A model generated the notes under the pieces. The model was not told the origin of the DNA, ran no database searches, and worked only from the letters and a program-made list of their open reading frames with translations. The translations under genes and the position numbers were made by a program. 64,000 bases of DNA. Origin: Bdellovibrionales bacterium (lineage in GTDB: Bacteria; Bdellovibrionota; Bdellovibrionia; Bdellovibrionales; JAKFYE01). Location: positions 384,841-448,840 of the forward strand of contig OZ220494.1 in NCBI GenBank assembly GCA_965116215.1, given 5' to 3'. Below are positions 39,345 to 49,581 of the stretch, in pieces (position 1 is the first letter of the stretch; each line of letters begins with the position of its first letter).

Positions 39345-41183
39345 CTATTGTATTATGCCGAATGGAAAGCCTACGCTTGCAGATGTGGATTTTTTGTTTT
39401 TTGCTATAGGAAATTTCATTTGACGTATGACAGATGCTGCACATGAATAAAGAGAATCTCCATTTATCATCTCAGATTTAGAAATGCGAACCATCTCAAC
39501 TCGACCATTAGGCTGAATATTCCATTCAAATTCTACTCGTCCAGAAAGTTCTGGAGTTGTAAAAAGCGCACGTTCATAGCAACGAGCAATCTGATGAATA
39601 TGTTTTTTGACCTCAGCCATAACTTGCTCTTTAGTGAGTCCTTCATTTTTATTGATTGTGATGACTTGAGGCTTCCCTATAACAGATCCTTCAATATTTC
39701 GAGAGCCGGATATCCCTCTTAAGCCTTGAATCTCATAGTTTTTTTCAGTTCCATAACTTAATCCTTTCGTTTTTATAGAACCAATATCTTCAAGATTTAC
39801 AGAGCTTGTTTCTAAAGTGTTTAATAGCTTAGCTGTTTTTACTGATTTTATTTTTCTAGTACTTTTATTAATATTGATCGATAGAGATTGATTATTTTTC
39901 AAAGATGGATTTGGAAGAATTGCAGCTACAAGCTTTTTAACATTCACTGGTTTTTTCTTAGCAATTTTTACAGGATATTTATTTATTTTTTTAAGACGTT
40001 TTGATTTTTTAAGAACAATCTTTTTGGGTTTACTTTGTTTTTTAATAATATTTTTCTTTTTAACTTGGGCTATGATTTTTTGAGTTTGTTTTTTCTTCTT
40101 AGGTTTTGGTGGGTTAACTAGTAGACGTGCATAACGCTCAGGAACATTTTTAATTTTGGGAACATTAATCTTAGGTTTAGAAAAATAGGCAAAAAAGAGT
40201 AAGAGACAGTGAATGAAACCGGAATAGAGTGTTGTTTTTCTTATTTCTTCATCGGGAACGATAAGTTTTTTTTCTGCTAGTTTCCTTGGTGTAGGAACAT
40301 ATCTAAAGTGAACTGATGATGTTTCATCAAAGGCTATGCTAACTAAATCAGATCTATTCATAGTTAGCAAATATCCATCATCCCAGGATTTTAAAATTTT
40401 TGATTTAAGTAGATCTGGAAGCGTGGTAGTTATTTTCTCTCTTTTTACAGTCACTTGAAATCCATTTGGAATAAAACATTCTGTTGTTTCACCTCTGTAT
40501 AGAGCTAAATCCAAATTTTTCTTTATGAAAGGAAGTTGTAATCCCGCTCGTGCCCCTGAGCCCACGCTGATTTTTTCATTGGGTTCAAAGTGTTGAATAT
40601 CATACATTTCTCCATGCCATGTAACAATTCCTTCTAGAACACTTTGACTAACATTGATTTTATCAACATATTTATGAGGAACAGCTAACTTTAAATTTTG
40701 ATTTAAAATTTTTATTTTATTCCCTTTATAAGGATATGTGCATGTTTTTTTCTCTTGGTTTTTAGAAGAAAAAGACTTATTTAAATTGAGTGTTGGATTT
40801 TCTATGATAATTGTTTTTTCTTCATATAGGTCATCTTCATTTTCTGATTTTATATTTTCTATTTCCTCTGGAAGAGTATAGAAAACACATTTGAAGGGGC
40901 CAATGGATATTGGAACATCATTTACAGCAGGGGCTGTTTTTACTTTTTTCCCATAAAAATAAATATTTTTATTTAAACCAGATATTAATGGTTGAGAATT
41001 TTTCTCTATGATGACAGCATGTTGTTGAGATATAGTTTTGTGAAAAGGTAATATAATTTCAGATTTTGGATTTTGGCCAATAACAATAGGGTATTCTGTA
41101 AATTCACGATCAAAAATTAATTTTTCTTTGTCATAGATTTGAACATGTAGGGGAGTTTTAAATTTTTTTTTATTTTTATACAT
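39345..41183 (-). CDS. FHA-like / single-TM / Lys-rich linker / AgmX-PglI-type C-terminal domain protein (TonB-like transducer)
   Basis: N-terminal FHA-like pattern IVIGQNPKSEIILPFHKTISQQHAVII. TM segment LYSGFIHCLLLFFAYF. Lys-rich linker PPKPKKKKQTQK...KKKPVNVKK. The C-terminus IARCYERALFTTPELSGRVEFEWNIQPNGRV...SCAASVIRQMKFP...VGFPFG matches the two-Cys AgmX/PglI C-terminal domain as I recall it. Confidence 0.65.
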   Translation of the reverse strand: MYKNKKKFKTPLHVQIYDKEKLIFDREFTEYPIVIGQNPKSEIILPFHKTISQQHAVIIEKNSQPLISGLNKNIYFYGKKVKTAPAVNDVPISIGPFKCVFYTLPEEIENIKSENEDDLYEEKTIIIENPTLNLNKSFSSKNQEKKTCTYPYKGNKIKILNQNLKLAVPHKYVDKINVSQSVLEGIVTWHGEMYDIQHFEPNEKISVGSGARAGLQLPFIKKNLDLALYRGETTECFIPNGFQVTVKREKITTTLPDLLKSKILKSWDDGYLLTMNRSDLVSIAFDETSSVHFRYVPTPRKLAEKKLIVPDEEIRKTTLYSGFIHCLLLFFAYFSKPKINVPKIKNVPERYARLLVNPPKPKKKKQTQKIIAQVKKKNIIKKQSKPKKIVLKKSKRLKKINKYPVKIAKKKPVNVKKLVAAILPNPSLKNNQSLSININKSTRKIKSVKTAKLLNTLETSSVNLEDIGSIKTKGLSYGTEKNYEIQGLRGISGSRNIEGSVIGKPQVITINKNEGLTKEQVMAEVKKHIHQIARCYERALFTTPELSGRVEFEWNIQPNGRVEMVRISKSEMINGDSLYSCAASVIRQMKFPIAKNKKSTSASVGFPFGIIQ

Positions 41184-41324
41184 ATTTTCCTCTAAAGATA
41201 TATCGGTAAATTATTGTTATTTTTGAAAATATTAAGATCTTAAAATAAGATTTTTTATTAAATAGATTATTTCTATATGATTCTAGTTTTTGGGAAAGAG
41301 AGCATAGTAGGGACGAATAGGACT

Positions 41325-42248
41325 TTAGTTGGTGAAATAAAATGTATAGAGTACAAATAGGATAAATCCAAATAAGAGACAAGCTCCATAAACTCTTTTG
41401 ATTTCCTTGGAAAACATGATTATAGGTAGTAACAAAAGTGTTGTGGCTATTAGAATGTAGATACTTTCATTTAAGTGACCATTCAAAGATGCAAAAGGGT
41501 AAAATAGGGCTGTTCCACCTAAGACCATAAGTATATTTTGAATATTTGAGCCAAGTATATTACCTATTAATATATCTGAGTCTTTTTTTATAGTAGAGAT
41601 AATGGTTGTCGTGATCTCTGGGATATTTGTAGAAAATCCTACTAAAGTGAGCCCAATGACTGCTTCTGATAGTTTTAAAGATTTCATTAGGCTGATAATA
41701 CCCTTTAAAAAGAGTTGACCGCCAAAGTAAAGAAGAATTATTCCTAAAATGAGAAAGCTCATATTTTTAAAGATCTGATAATGAATTAAAGATTCAGTCT
41801 TCTTATTTTCTTCTTGATGAGGCAAAGAATAAATAAAGAAAATAAATAAAGAAAGTAAACAAAAACCTTCAATGCGTGAGTATTGAGAGTCATATCCCAT
41901 AAAAAATAATAGACAGATAGCTAAGAAAGCCCAGAGCCAATTTTTTAAAATTAAATTTTTCTTAAACTTTAATGGACGAATAACAGCTCCCAATCCTAAG
42001 ATTAAGAGTATATTGATAATGTTGGATCCTACGATCATTCCTAGTGCAACATCATTTTTATCTTTTGAAACTGAAATTAAACTTGTTACTAATTCTGGAA
42101 GAGATGTGCCAATAGCAACGATTGTTAATCCTATATTTAAATCTGATAAACCTAATTTTTTACCTAAGATTTTAGCTTCTCTAATGAGAGTATTTGCTCC
42201 ATAAATAAGTGTTGCGAGGCCTATAGCAAAAGTTAAAAATTCGTTCAT
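41325..42248 (-). CDS. Ca2+/cation antiporter (CaCA / YrbG-like)
   Basis: Two alpha-repeat motifs (GTSLPELVTSL..., STNIPEITTTI... with GNILGSNIQNIL and GSNIINILLILG). About 10 TM segments. 307 aa. Confidence 0.8.
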   Translation of the reverse strand: MNEFLTFAIGLATLIYGANTLIREAKILGKKLGLSDLNIGLTIVAIGTSLPELVTSLISVSKDKNDVALGMIVGSNIINILLILGLGAVIRPLKFKKNLILKNWLWAFLAICLLFFMGYDSQYSRIEGFCLLSLFIFFIYSLPHQEENKKTESLIHYQIFKNMSFLILGIILLYFGGQLFLKGIISLMKSLKLSEAVIGLTLVGFSTNIPEITTTIISTIKKDSDILIGNILGSNIQNILMVLGGTALFYPFASLNGHLNESIYILIATTLLLLPIIMFSKEIKRVYGACLLFGFILFVLYTFYFTN

Positions 42249-42431
42249 TATTTGTCCATTTTTATTAAAAAATCATAATAATATTATTTAGAGACTATAA
42301 ATCTTTTATTTTTGAATTCCAATTATTGAATTCAAGATTATTTGCTGAAAAATTAAAATATGAGTCTTTTGTTTTTGAGTTTTTATTATGAAGATTTAAA
42401 CCATTAAATATCATATAGATCAAGGAAGAAT

Positions 42432-45400
42432 TTACATTACATATTTGACAAATTTATGTATGGGACCAAGGGGTTGTTCTGTTTTTGAGATTTTTTTTTG
42501 CAGGGAAGAAACTTTTGATTTGTAGTGAAATGCATTAAATAGTCCCATTAGGCCCCATAGAGCCGTTGGATCTTTTGGGCTCTTTTTAAGGGCAGAATTA
42601 AATTTTAATTTTGCAGATTCAAAATCATTTAAGTAAAGATAATACATGCCTTGAAGAGCTATTAGTTTTGCCTCTTGTGGATGAATCTCGGACGCATGAT
42701 GAAGTGTCAAAATAGCCATTAGATAACTTTTATTTTTTACGTGTTCCTGTGCTAATTTTATCAATAAATTGATATTTTCTGGGTTTTCATAAAGTTTTTG
42801 ATGTAAGTTTTCAATATTTTCTAAATATTTTTTGCTTTTCCTACGATTTGTTAAATTTGTAGATTCATCTATTTTTATTTGCTTTTTTAAAATACACCCT
42901 TTAGCAAAAGGAGTAAAAATCTCTGATTTCTCAGCATTTACAGTACATCTTTTAAAATAATTATTTGCCTCTAAGTTATATTTTTTGGTTTGTTTGTGAA
43001 TAGCTTTCCTATATTCATTCACTTGAGTTTTGGTTAGTTTTTTAGGTACAGGAGTTGTTCGAAGAAATTGAGCAAATTCTTGATAGATATGTCCAAGTTC
43101 ATAAAGGGATGCAATGGTCCATTCTCCAACCCCCAATTTTGTAATAGCAATGAATTGAGATGTGAGCTGCTCTAAGAGTTTTGTCTTCTCCTGAATGATT
43201 TGTTTTTTATGAGATTGTTTTATTTTTATATTTTTATATTTATTTTTAAGGGGCATAGAAAGAAGATATAAAGAATGTGCAGCCATTGCATTTTCTTCAT
43301 AATTATCTGTTGTCTTATTAGTAATAGAGTTTAAGATAGAATGAGCAGCTTCCGGTCCTTCTGTATGATATGTAGCTAATCCTTTCCAATAAACCCCTTG
43401 GGTACCAGGTACAGATAGTGCTGATTTTTTAAGAGAACTCCAATCTTCTGCCAGATAGTCTATTCTAGCAATTGATATTTTATTTTTTAAATATTGAAAA
43501 TTTTGCCTTGCTGATTTGAAGTCTTTTAGAAACTCTCTTATGTGATTTGCATTTTCCATAAGATTTTGTGCCTTAGAGTCTTTTGGATATTTTTTTGCAA
43601 ATATCTCAAAATATTTTGCCGCTCTTTTAAAATCTGCTGTTTTTAAAGCTATTTCACCCATTTGAAAAATAACGTTTTTGGTGTATTTTGAATTTTTATA
43701 TTTTGAAAATAGTTTTTCCCCATAAGCATATGTTGTTTTCAAACTTTTTTTTGACTTTAAAAAGGCTTCATAAAGAGCGTTTATCTCTATATTCGAATTT
43801 TTATATTTAGAGGATAGCTTTAATAAATTTTTTATATAATGAGGGGAAGAATATTTACCAGCAGCTATCTGTACTTTTTTGTATTGTGCTTGTTTCATGA
43901 TTTCCAAAGCATTTTTTCTTATGTACTTTTTTATTGAATTGTTTTTTGCAATAGCCTTTCCAGATTCAATTAAACCATCATAATCTTCAATTTGATTATG
44001 AGAATCTAGAATCAGGTCAACAGCTAAGGAAACATCTTTATGTTTTGGAAAGTATTTGATATATTGAGAAAGCCACTGTGTAGATTTGTTGAAGTTACGC
44101 TCATCATAGTATGTTCTACCAATATTAAATAAAATTTCAGGTACAATTGGATTCTTTTTGTATTTTTTAATATAGTGCCAACCTATAGTACGTATTCCAC
44201 TTCGGACTTGTATGATTTGTAATCGGTCAAGATTTTTTGAATTTTTTAACGCTTCTGTATAAGATTGGATAGCTGAATCTAATATTTTCTTTTTACGATT
44301 TTGAGAAAAATTGGAGCTCATTCCTAAATGTTCATAGTGTATTGCCGCATTAATAAAATCACCTATATTGTAATAACATTCTGCTAAGTTGAGCTTTATA
44401 GATGGAATATATTTTGATTTTGGAAAGGAATTTAAATAGCTTTCGTATGCCTTAATTGCAAGTCGATAGTCTAATTTCCTTTGTGTGCTTTTAGCTCGTT
44501 CTTGAAATCGTATTGCATTATCTCTAGAAAAAATTTCAAATCTTTTAAGATAGTATTCCTTTTTCTCTTTATCTAATTGAGAAGAATATTTTATTTGATG
44601 AACAATTTTAGAAATTTCAGAAATTAATCCATTAACAGGCCAACGTTTTTCTGTATTTTTTATTGCCACATATAAAGACTCTAGTGTTTTAATTCTTATA
44701 TCTAAATCTTTTGAAAGTTTTAAAGATTCCATATGTACGTGGACTGCAGTGGTAAATTGTTTTTTTACAAGAAGCCTCTTTGATAGTTTTCTTAAAACTT
44801 TTTTATAACTTGTTAAGTCAGTTGATAAAGATTGAAAATAAGTTATTGGATCTGTGTATTGAGCACCCATTCTTTTTAATTCTTTTAATTTGAGTTCACT
44901 ATAGGGCCATACTATTGCTAAGAGAGCATTTCTTCTGACATCTGTTTTCCTATAAATTTTAGAAAGATTTAAACTATCTGTTGCACTGCCTTTTTGTATG
45001 GCTTTTTCAAAAGATAGAAGTGACTCTTTCCATTTATTTTTATGAATATAACACCATCCTGATTTATAGTGAGCAAAAGAAGTGAATGGACTAGTCGGTC
45101 GATCTATAATTTTTTGATAAAGATTTAAGGCTAAACTAAAATCTTTTTTTGTATTGTAAATATGATTTGCAATAGTAAGCTGACTCTCTGCCCAGTACTT
45201 ACTTTTTGGGTAGGTATTAACAAGATTTTGATATGTTTCAAGCATTTTTTGATGTTGACCTAACTCTCTATACTCATGTGCTATAAAAAAAAGAGCCTTG
45301 TCTTGAAGGAGCGATTTAGGAAATTTGTTAATAAATTTATTATATATTGCTATAGCTTCTTCTTTTAATTGTTTTTCTGCAGGATAGTTTATTTTTTCTA

Positions 45401-45656
45401 TAAGATCAGAATTCTCAATTTGATTGATAGAATATATATATTTTGATTTTTTAATAAGTAGCTCTGCTAAGATAAAATACGTTTCTGGTAAGAAACGTGT
45501 ATCTGTTAGGGTCTTCATTTTTTTTTTAGTTTCATCAATCGATTTGTTAATTTTTTGAAGGTCATCATGTAATTCTGTAGGAGTTTTTGTTTTTGTGGCT
45601 TGAGCAAATGCAATATGAGAAAGCAAGATAGATAACAAGATGAATAAACGAATCAT
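42432..45656 (-). CDS. large secreted TPR-repeat protein (1074 aa)
   Basis: Signal peptide MIRLFILLSILLSHIAFA/QA. Many 34-aa TPR-like units (e.g. ALFFIAHEYRELGQHQKMLETYQNLVNTYPKSKY). The start overlaps the upstream stop (ATGA). Confidence 0.75.
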   Translation of the reverse strand: MIRLFILLSILLSHIAFAQATKTKTPTELHDDLQKINKSIDETKKKMKTLTDTRFLPETYFILAELLIKKSKYIYSINQIENSDLIEKINYPAEKQLKEEAIAIYNKFINKFPKSLLQDKALFFIAHEYRELGQHQKMLETYQNLVNTYPKSKYWAESQLTIANHIYNTKKDFSLALNLYQKIIDRPTSPFTSFAHYKSGWCYIHKNKWKESLLSFEKAIQKGSATDSLNLSKIYRKTDVRRNALLAIVWPYSELKLKELKRMGAQYTDPITYFQSLSTDLTSYKKVLRKLSKRLLVKKQFTTAVHVHMESLKLSKDLDIRIKTLESLYVAIKNTEKRWPVNGLISEISKIVHQIKYSSQLDKEKKEYYLKRFEIFSRDNAIRFQERAKSTQRKLDYRLAIKAYESYLNSFPKSKYIPSIKLNLAECYYNIGDFINAAIHYEHLGMSSNFSQNRKKKILDSAIQSYTEALKNSKNLDRLQIIQVRSGIRTIGWHYIKKYKKNPIVPEILFNIGRTYYDERNFNKSTQWLSQYIKYFPKHKDVSLAVDLILDSHNQIEDYDGLIESGKAIAKNNSIKKYIRKNALEIMKQAQYKKVQIAAGKYSSPHYIKNLLKLSSKYKNSNIEINALYEAFLKSKKSLKTTYAYGEKLFSKYKNSKYTKNVIFQMGEIALKTADFKRAAKYFEIFAKKYPKDSKAQNLMENANHIREFLKDFKSARQNFQYLKNKISIARIDYLAEDWSSLKKSALSVPGTQGVYWKGLATYHTEGPEAAHSILNSITNKTTDNYEENAMAAHSLYLLSMPLKNKYKNIKIKQSHKKQIIQEKTKLLEQLTSQFIAITKLGVGEWTIASLYELGHIYQEFAQFLRTTPVPKKLTKTQVNEYRKAIHKQTKKYNLEANNYFKRCTVNAEKSEIFTPFAKGCILKKQIKIDESTNLTNRRKSKKYLENIENLHQKLYENPENINLLIKLAQEHVKNKSYLMAILTLHHASEIHPQEAKLIALQGMYYLYLNDFESAKLKFNSALKKSPKDPTALWGLMGLFNAFHYKSKVSSLQKKISKTEQPLGPIHKFVKYVM

Positions 45657-47200
45657 TTAAATCCCTTTGCATTTGTTATTGGATTTTCTTTAGAATCTTT
45701 ATTATTCTTATCATTATGACAACGACTATTGATAAGAACTTTATAATCTGGAAATTCATCTTTCCAATATTCAGTCTTAATAGGCCAGAAAATACGGTCA
45801 AATGTAATGGGAGAAATACGTTCTGATTTATATGATCTATTTTCACCTTTTTTTATAATGCGTAATTGATCAAGATTTGTAGAGTAATTAAGAAATTCAA
45901 TCTCTTCTTTGATTTCTAAAAAATGTTTAGCTGAATTTTTTGCATTGTTTTCTATTTTTTCTTGAAGCTCACGGATAATTTGTTTTTCTTTATTCTTATA
46001 ATCTTTAACAAGATTTATATAAAATGGATACTCTTGCCAATCAAATGTCTTAAGAATGCCCTGTTCGGTTCTTAGTAAGTGAATAAAATTTGCTCTTTCT
46101 TGTTCTTTATACGGAAGAAGAGAATGTGATGCAATAAGTGGATTTTCGTCTAAAGGTCTTCTTAATTTAATATCTCTTATTGCAGAGTCAAAATTTTTAT
46201 GAAATTTTTTAACTTCATTTTTTACGGCATTATAATGACAGAGTTGTTTATAAATTAACATCCTTAAAACATGTATTTCAGGGTCAATAGAGGCACGGTA
46301 ATAGGGAATCTCTAAGGTTTCTAATAAACCAAGAGCTTTAGAGAAGTCTTTAAGGTAAAAAAGTGTCCAGGCTTTTTCCAATAAAAGACGACCCTCTTCT
46401 CTTAGAGGAGGTTTTGCTTCTTTATAAAATTCAAAAGCTTTATTAAACTCTTTTTTTTCAAATAGAATACGGGCTAATTGAATGATAACTTTTTGCTTTA
46501 TTCTTTCATGAGTTGTTGGAGATTCATATTGAGCTTTAAGTTTGTTGTAAGCGGAATCCGTACGATCTCTGGCAACTTCTCCTAATGCTATAAGGTATTG
46601 TTTTTGTTGCCCCCAATATGTATTGGGCTTTATTTTTTCAAATTCTGCATCTGCCCATTTTTTAAAACCGTGTATGAGATTGTACATTCCCAAGTGATAA
46701 CTGACGAAGCTTTGTATGTCTGGGTGTAAGACTCCAAATTCATTTGTTGAAATAAGCTCTGAGGCGATTTCATCATGGGCATAGAGTCCATTTTGTGCAA
46801 TGAGACTTAACTGGTGCAAAGCTGCTGAGCCTATTGAGGTTCCAATTCGTCTATGTGCTATAGATTTTAGAATATGAGAGGCCCCGTAAGTGAGCCCTAC
46901 TTTATGTAGAGTGAGGCTTAATAAATAATAGGCCTCATCTTGCTCATCTGTTCCTGCATTTTTGATAACTTGAGTAGATATTTTGACAGCCTGAGAAAAA
47001 TCTTTGTCATCTAAGATCTTCTTAATGGTGTTAAAAAATTCAGGGTTTATAGGAGTATACTTAAAAGGTTTCGAGTTTTTTAATGTTACAGGAAGAGGTT
47101 GATCACTTTTACCTGGTGTTGATATATATTGTGCGTTTAAAGTGCTATTTAGAGAAAAAATAATAAAAAAAAGTAAAGGAATTTGTTTCCATTGATTCAT
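45653..47200 (-). CDS. secreted helical-repeat (TPR-like) protein (515 aa)
   Basis: Signal peptide ...FIIFSLNSTLNA/QY, with helical repeat character. It starts 3 nt after the upstream beta-barrel gene stop. Confidence 0.6.
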   Translation of the reverse strand: MNQWKQIPLLFFIIFSLNSTLNAQYISTPGKSDQPLPVTLKNSKPFKYTPINPEFFNTIKKILDDKDFSQAVKISTQVIKNAGTDEQDEAYYLLSLTLHKVGLTYGASHILKSIAHRRIGTSIGSAALHQLSLIAQNGLYAHDEIASELISTNEFGVLHPDIQSFVSYHLGMYNLIHGFKKWADAEFEKIKPNTYWGQQKQYLIALGEVARDRTDSAYNKLKAQYESPTTHERIKQKVIIQLARILFEKKEFNKAFEFYKEAKPPLREEGRLLLEKAWTLFYLKDFSKALGLLETLEIPYYRASIDPEIHVLRMLIYKQLCHYNAVKNEVKKFHKNFDSAIRDIKLRRPLDENPLIASHSLLPYKEQERANFIHLLRTEQGILKTFDWQEYPFYINLVKDYKNKEKQIIRELQEKIENNAKNSAKHFLEIKEEIEFLNYSTNLDQLRIIKKGENRSYKSERISPITFDRIFWPIKTEYWKDEFPDYKVLINSRCHNDKNNKDSKENPITNAKGFK

Positions 47201-47203
47201 AAC

Positions 47204-47902
47204 TTAGAGAGCCTCACTGAGTAGGGGAGAAGTTGGTTTTGAAGAGTTACCTAATTGTATATCTAAGCCGATAGATATTACCATGATGGCCTTTAAGCCT
47301 AAACTGACTTTCCTATCAGAATTTTTAAATATAATTTCTCTAAAATCAATTTTAATAGATGTTTTTGGGCTTGTAAAATATCTGAGATAAAAACCAACAT
47401 TGAAAATAGGTTTAAAACCAGAATGACTTAATTTTCCAACACCGGCTCCAACAAGAAAATTAATATCACTCCAAACTAGAGCTTTATTAAAGAGAAGGTT
47501 TTTACTATAAATAGGAGTATAGATTAAACTTGTTGTTATATAATATTTGAAAAAGTTAAAATATAAGGGGTGTTTTAGTGTTTTATCAAAATCTTTCTTC
47601 AAGTTTTCTGATAGATTAGTATCCATTGAAAATGTGTAGTTCAAGTTAGCAATTTCCCAAGCTATAAAGTCATTTAAGTTATGTGTGAGAGAGAGGCCTA
47701 AGTTAAATCCTCGGGTAATAGAATCTGAGGGTAAAAAATCGGCATGAAAAGTCAGTCCGTTTTTTAAGAAGTATTTGCGGTTTTGGACAGCAACAAGTTG
47801 AGGTAGGTCATAGATATCTCCAGCTTCATCATTACTGGCTTGCACTATTGGTGTGGTAAAAAAACATAAAAAAAACAGTATGAAACTTAAAAAAAATTTC
47901 AA
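47204..47902 (-). CDS. small outer-membrane beta-barrel protein
   Basis: A TTG at 47902 lies 4-5 nt after the strong SD GAGGGGGA and gives the signal peptide MKFFLSFILFFLCFFTTPIVQA/S. Alternating-strand sequence follows. The track ORF is 16 codons longer. Confidence 0.6.
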   Translation of the reverse strand: MKFFLSFILFFLCFFTTPIVQASNDEAGDIYDLPQLVAVQNRKYFLKNGLTFHADFLPSDSITRGFNLGLSLTHNLNDFIAWEIANLNYTFSMDTNLSENLKKDFDKTLKHPLYFNFFKYYITTSLIYTPIYSKNLLFNKALVWSDINFLVGAGVGKLSHSGFKPIFNVGFYLRYFTSPKTSIKIDFREIIFKNSDRKVSLGLKAIMVISIGLDIQLGNSSKPTSPLLSEAL

Positions 47903-48354
47903 TATATCCCCCTCGTAGAATATCAATGTAATATATTTAAATCTTAACATGCAAATTTAGAAATAAAACTAAAATACAAAGAGGAATTAGGTTATTTAAG
48001 TGTCTATTTTTTATGGGATTAAGATTTCTATTTTTATGTCGGTTTAGAAAGGCTGCCTGAAAACCTCTTATTTTGAAACAAATCTGAATCTAAAAATAGT
48101 GCGTAGTTTCAAAATCTATTTTTACATTTTGATCCATAGCATTATGAGGTTTCTGGTCTTTAATCTAGAGGGGGGTTTGCTTTTCTTGATTGAAATAAAC
48201 ATAGAGTTTGAATACTCTTATTTATTCAACAAAACATATTCTCGTTGAGTCTTTTTTTAAAAGACAGATAAATTATATTTTTTAACCAATAGAGATTTGA
48301 TATTTGTATTCTAAATTTCATTATAGGAACTGTGTATACAAAGGCGGTTTAGCA

Positions 48355-49464
48355 ATGATATTTGATTTAGTTGAGAAATATGGAGAGCATGAAGAAATTC
48401 TATTTTGTTATAATAAGGATGCTCATCTCAAAGCCATTATTGCAATTCATAATACTGCTCTTGGTCCTGCTCTGGGTGGGACGCGAATGTGGAATTACCC
48501 CTCTGAGGAGGAAGCCCTTATTGACGTATTAAGGCTGTCTAAAGGAATGACCTATAAGGCTGCGGTGGCTGGTTTAAATCTGGGTGGTGGAAAAGCCATT
48601 ATTATTGGAGACCCTAAAAAAGATAAAACGGAGAGGCTATTTAGGGCCTATGGGCAGTATATTAACTCCTTGAACGGTAGATATATCACTGCAGAAGATG
48701 TGGGGACGACAGTTAGAGATATGGAATATGTCTATATGCAAACTCCTTGGGTTACGGGTATTTCAGAAGATCTAGGAGGGTCTGGAGATCCTAGTCCTTA
48801 TACAGCACGTGGTGTGCTTATGGGTATTAAGGCTTGTATTCAATGGGCATTAAAAACAGATTCTTTAAAGGGGATAAGAGTTGCTGTTCAAGGCTTAGGT
48901 AATGTGGGCAAACATCTTGTTGAATATCTTCACAAGGAAGAAGCAGAAATTCTAGTGTCTGATATTGATAAAGATAAGGTCCGTCGTATTGTAGAACTTT
49001 ATGGGGTAAAGGCTATAGATCCTGAAAAAATCTTATTTTCTGAATGTGATGTCATTGCACCGTGTGCATTAGGATCTATTGTCAACGACAACAGCATTGA
49101 AAAGTTCAAAGCATCTATTATAGCTGGAGGAGCAAATAACGTTCTTGCAGAAGAGCGACATGGGCAACTATTAAAAGAACAGGGTTTTCTTTATGCCCCT
49201 GATTACGTTATCAATGCGGGCGGACTTATGAATGTTTTTGTGGAGTTAGAAGGCTATACGGAAGCTCGTGTTTTAAGTCATACAAAAAATATCTACGATA
49301 ATCTTATTAAAATTTTTGAAATCAGTAAAAAAGAGAATGTTCCTACAAATAAAGCAGCTGATTGTCTTGCTGAGAGACGTATTCATGAAATAGGACAGTT
49401 GAAGCGGAAACATACAGGTATGACCCAAAGAGTTTGGGGAACTCTTAAAGTTGATGGTCGATAG
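48355..49464 (+). CDS. Leu/Val/Phe-type amino-acid dehydrogenase (leucine dehydrogenase-like)
   Basis: HNTALGPALGGTRMW and GLNLGGGKAIIIGDP (catalytic Lys) motifs, with Rossmann GLGNVGKHL. The ATG at 48355 gives 369 aa, typical for LeuDH. Confidence 0.85.
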   Translation: MIFDLVEKYGEHEEILFCYNKDAHLKAIIAIHNTALGPALGGTRMWNYPSEEEALIDVLRLSKGMTYKAAVAGLNLGGGKAIIIGDPKKDKTERLFRAYGQYINSLNGRYITAEDVGTTVRDMEYVYMQTPWVTGISEDLGGSGDPSPYTARGVLMGIKACIQWALKTDSLKGIRVAVQGLGNVGKHLVEYLHKEEAEILVSDIDKDKVRRIVELYGVKAIDPEKILFSECDVIAPCALGSIVNDNSIEKFKASIIAGGANNVLAEERHGQLLKEQGFLYAPDYVINAGGLMNVFVELEGYTEARVLSHTKNIYDNLIKIFEISKKENVPTNKAADCLAERRIHEIGQLKRKHTGMTQRVWGTLKVDGR

Positions 49465-49581
49465 ATGGGATGATTACACAATGGTGTGGATTAGAGTCTT
49501 GGCTTTTTTATGCCAAATACGATCTAAATACTGTAAACACTTTTCAATCTACTAATACATAAGAGATATAAGTTCTTTCAG

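Noticed and set aside
41176-41382. 68-aa minus-strand ORF bridging the CaCA stop and the FHA-protein start
   Set aside because: It overlaps both neighbours, has AT-rich low-complexity sequence, and most likely lies in the promoter/5' region of the FHA-protein gene.
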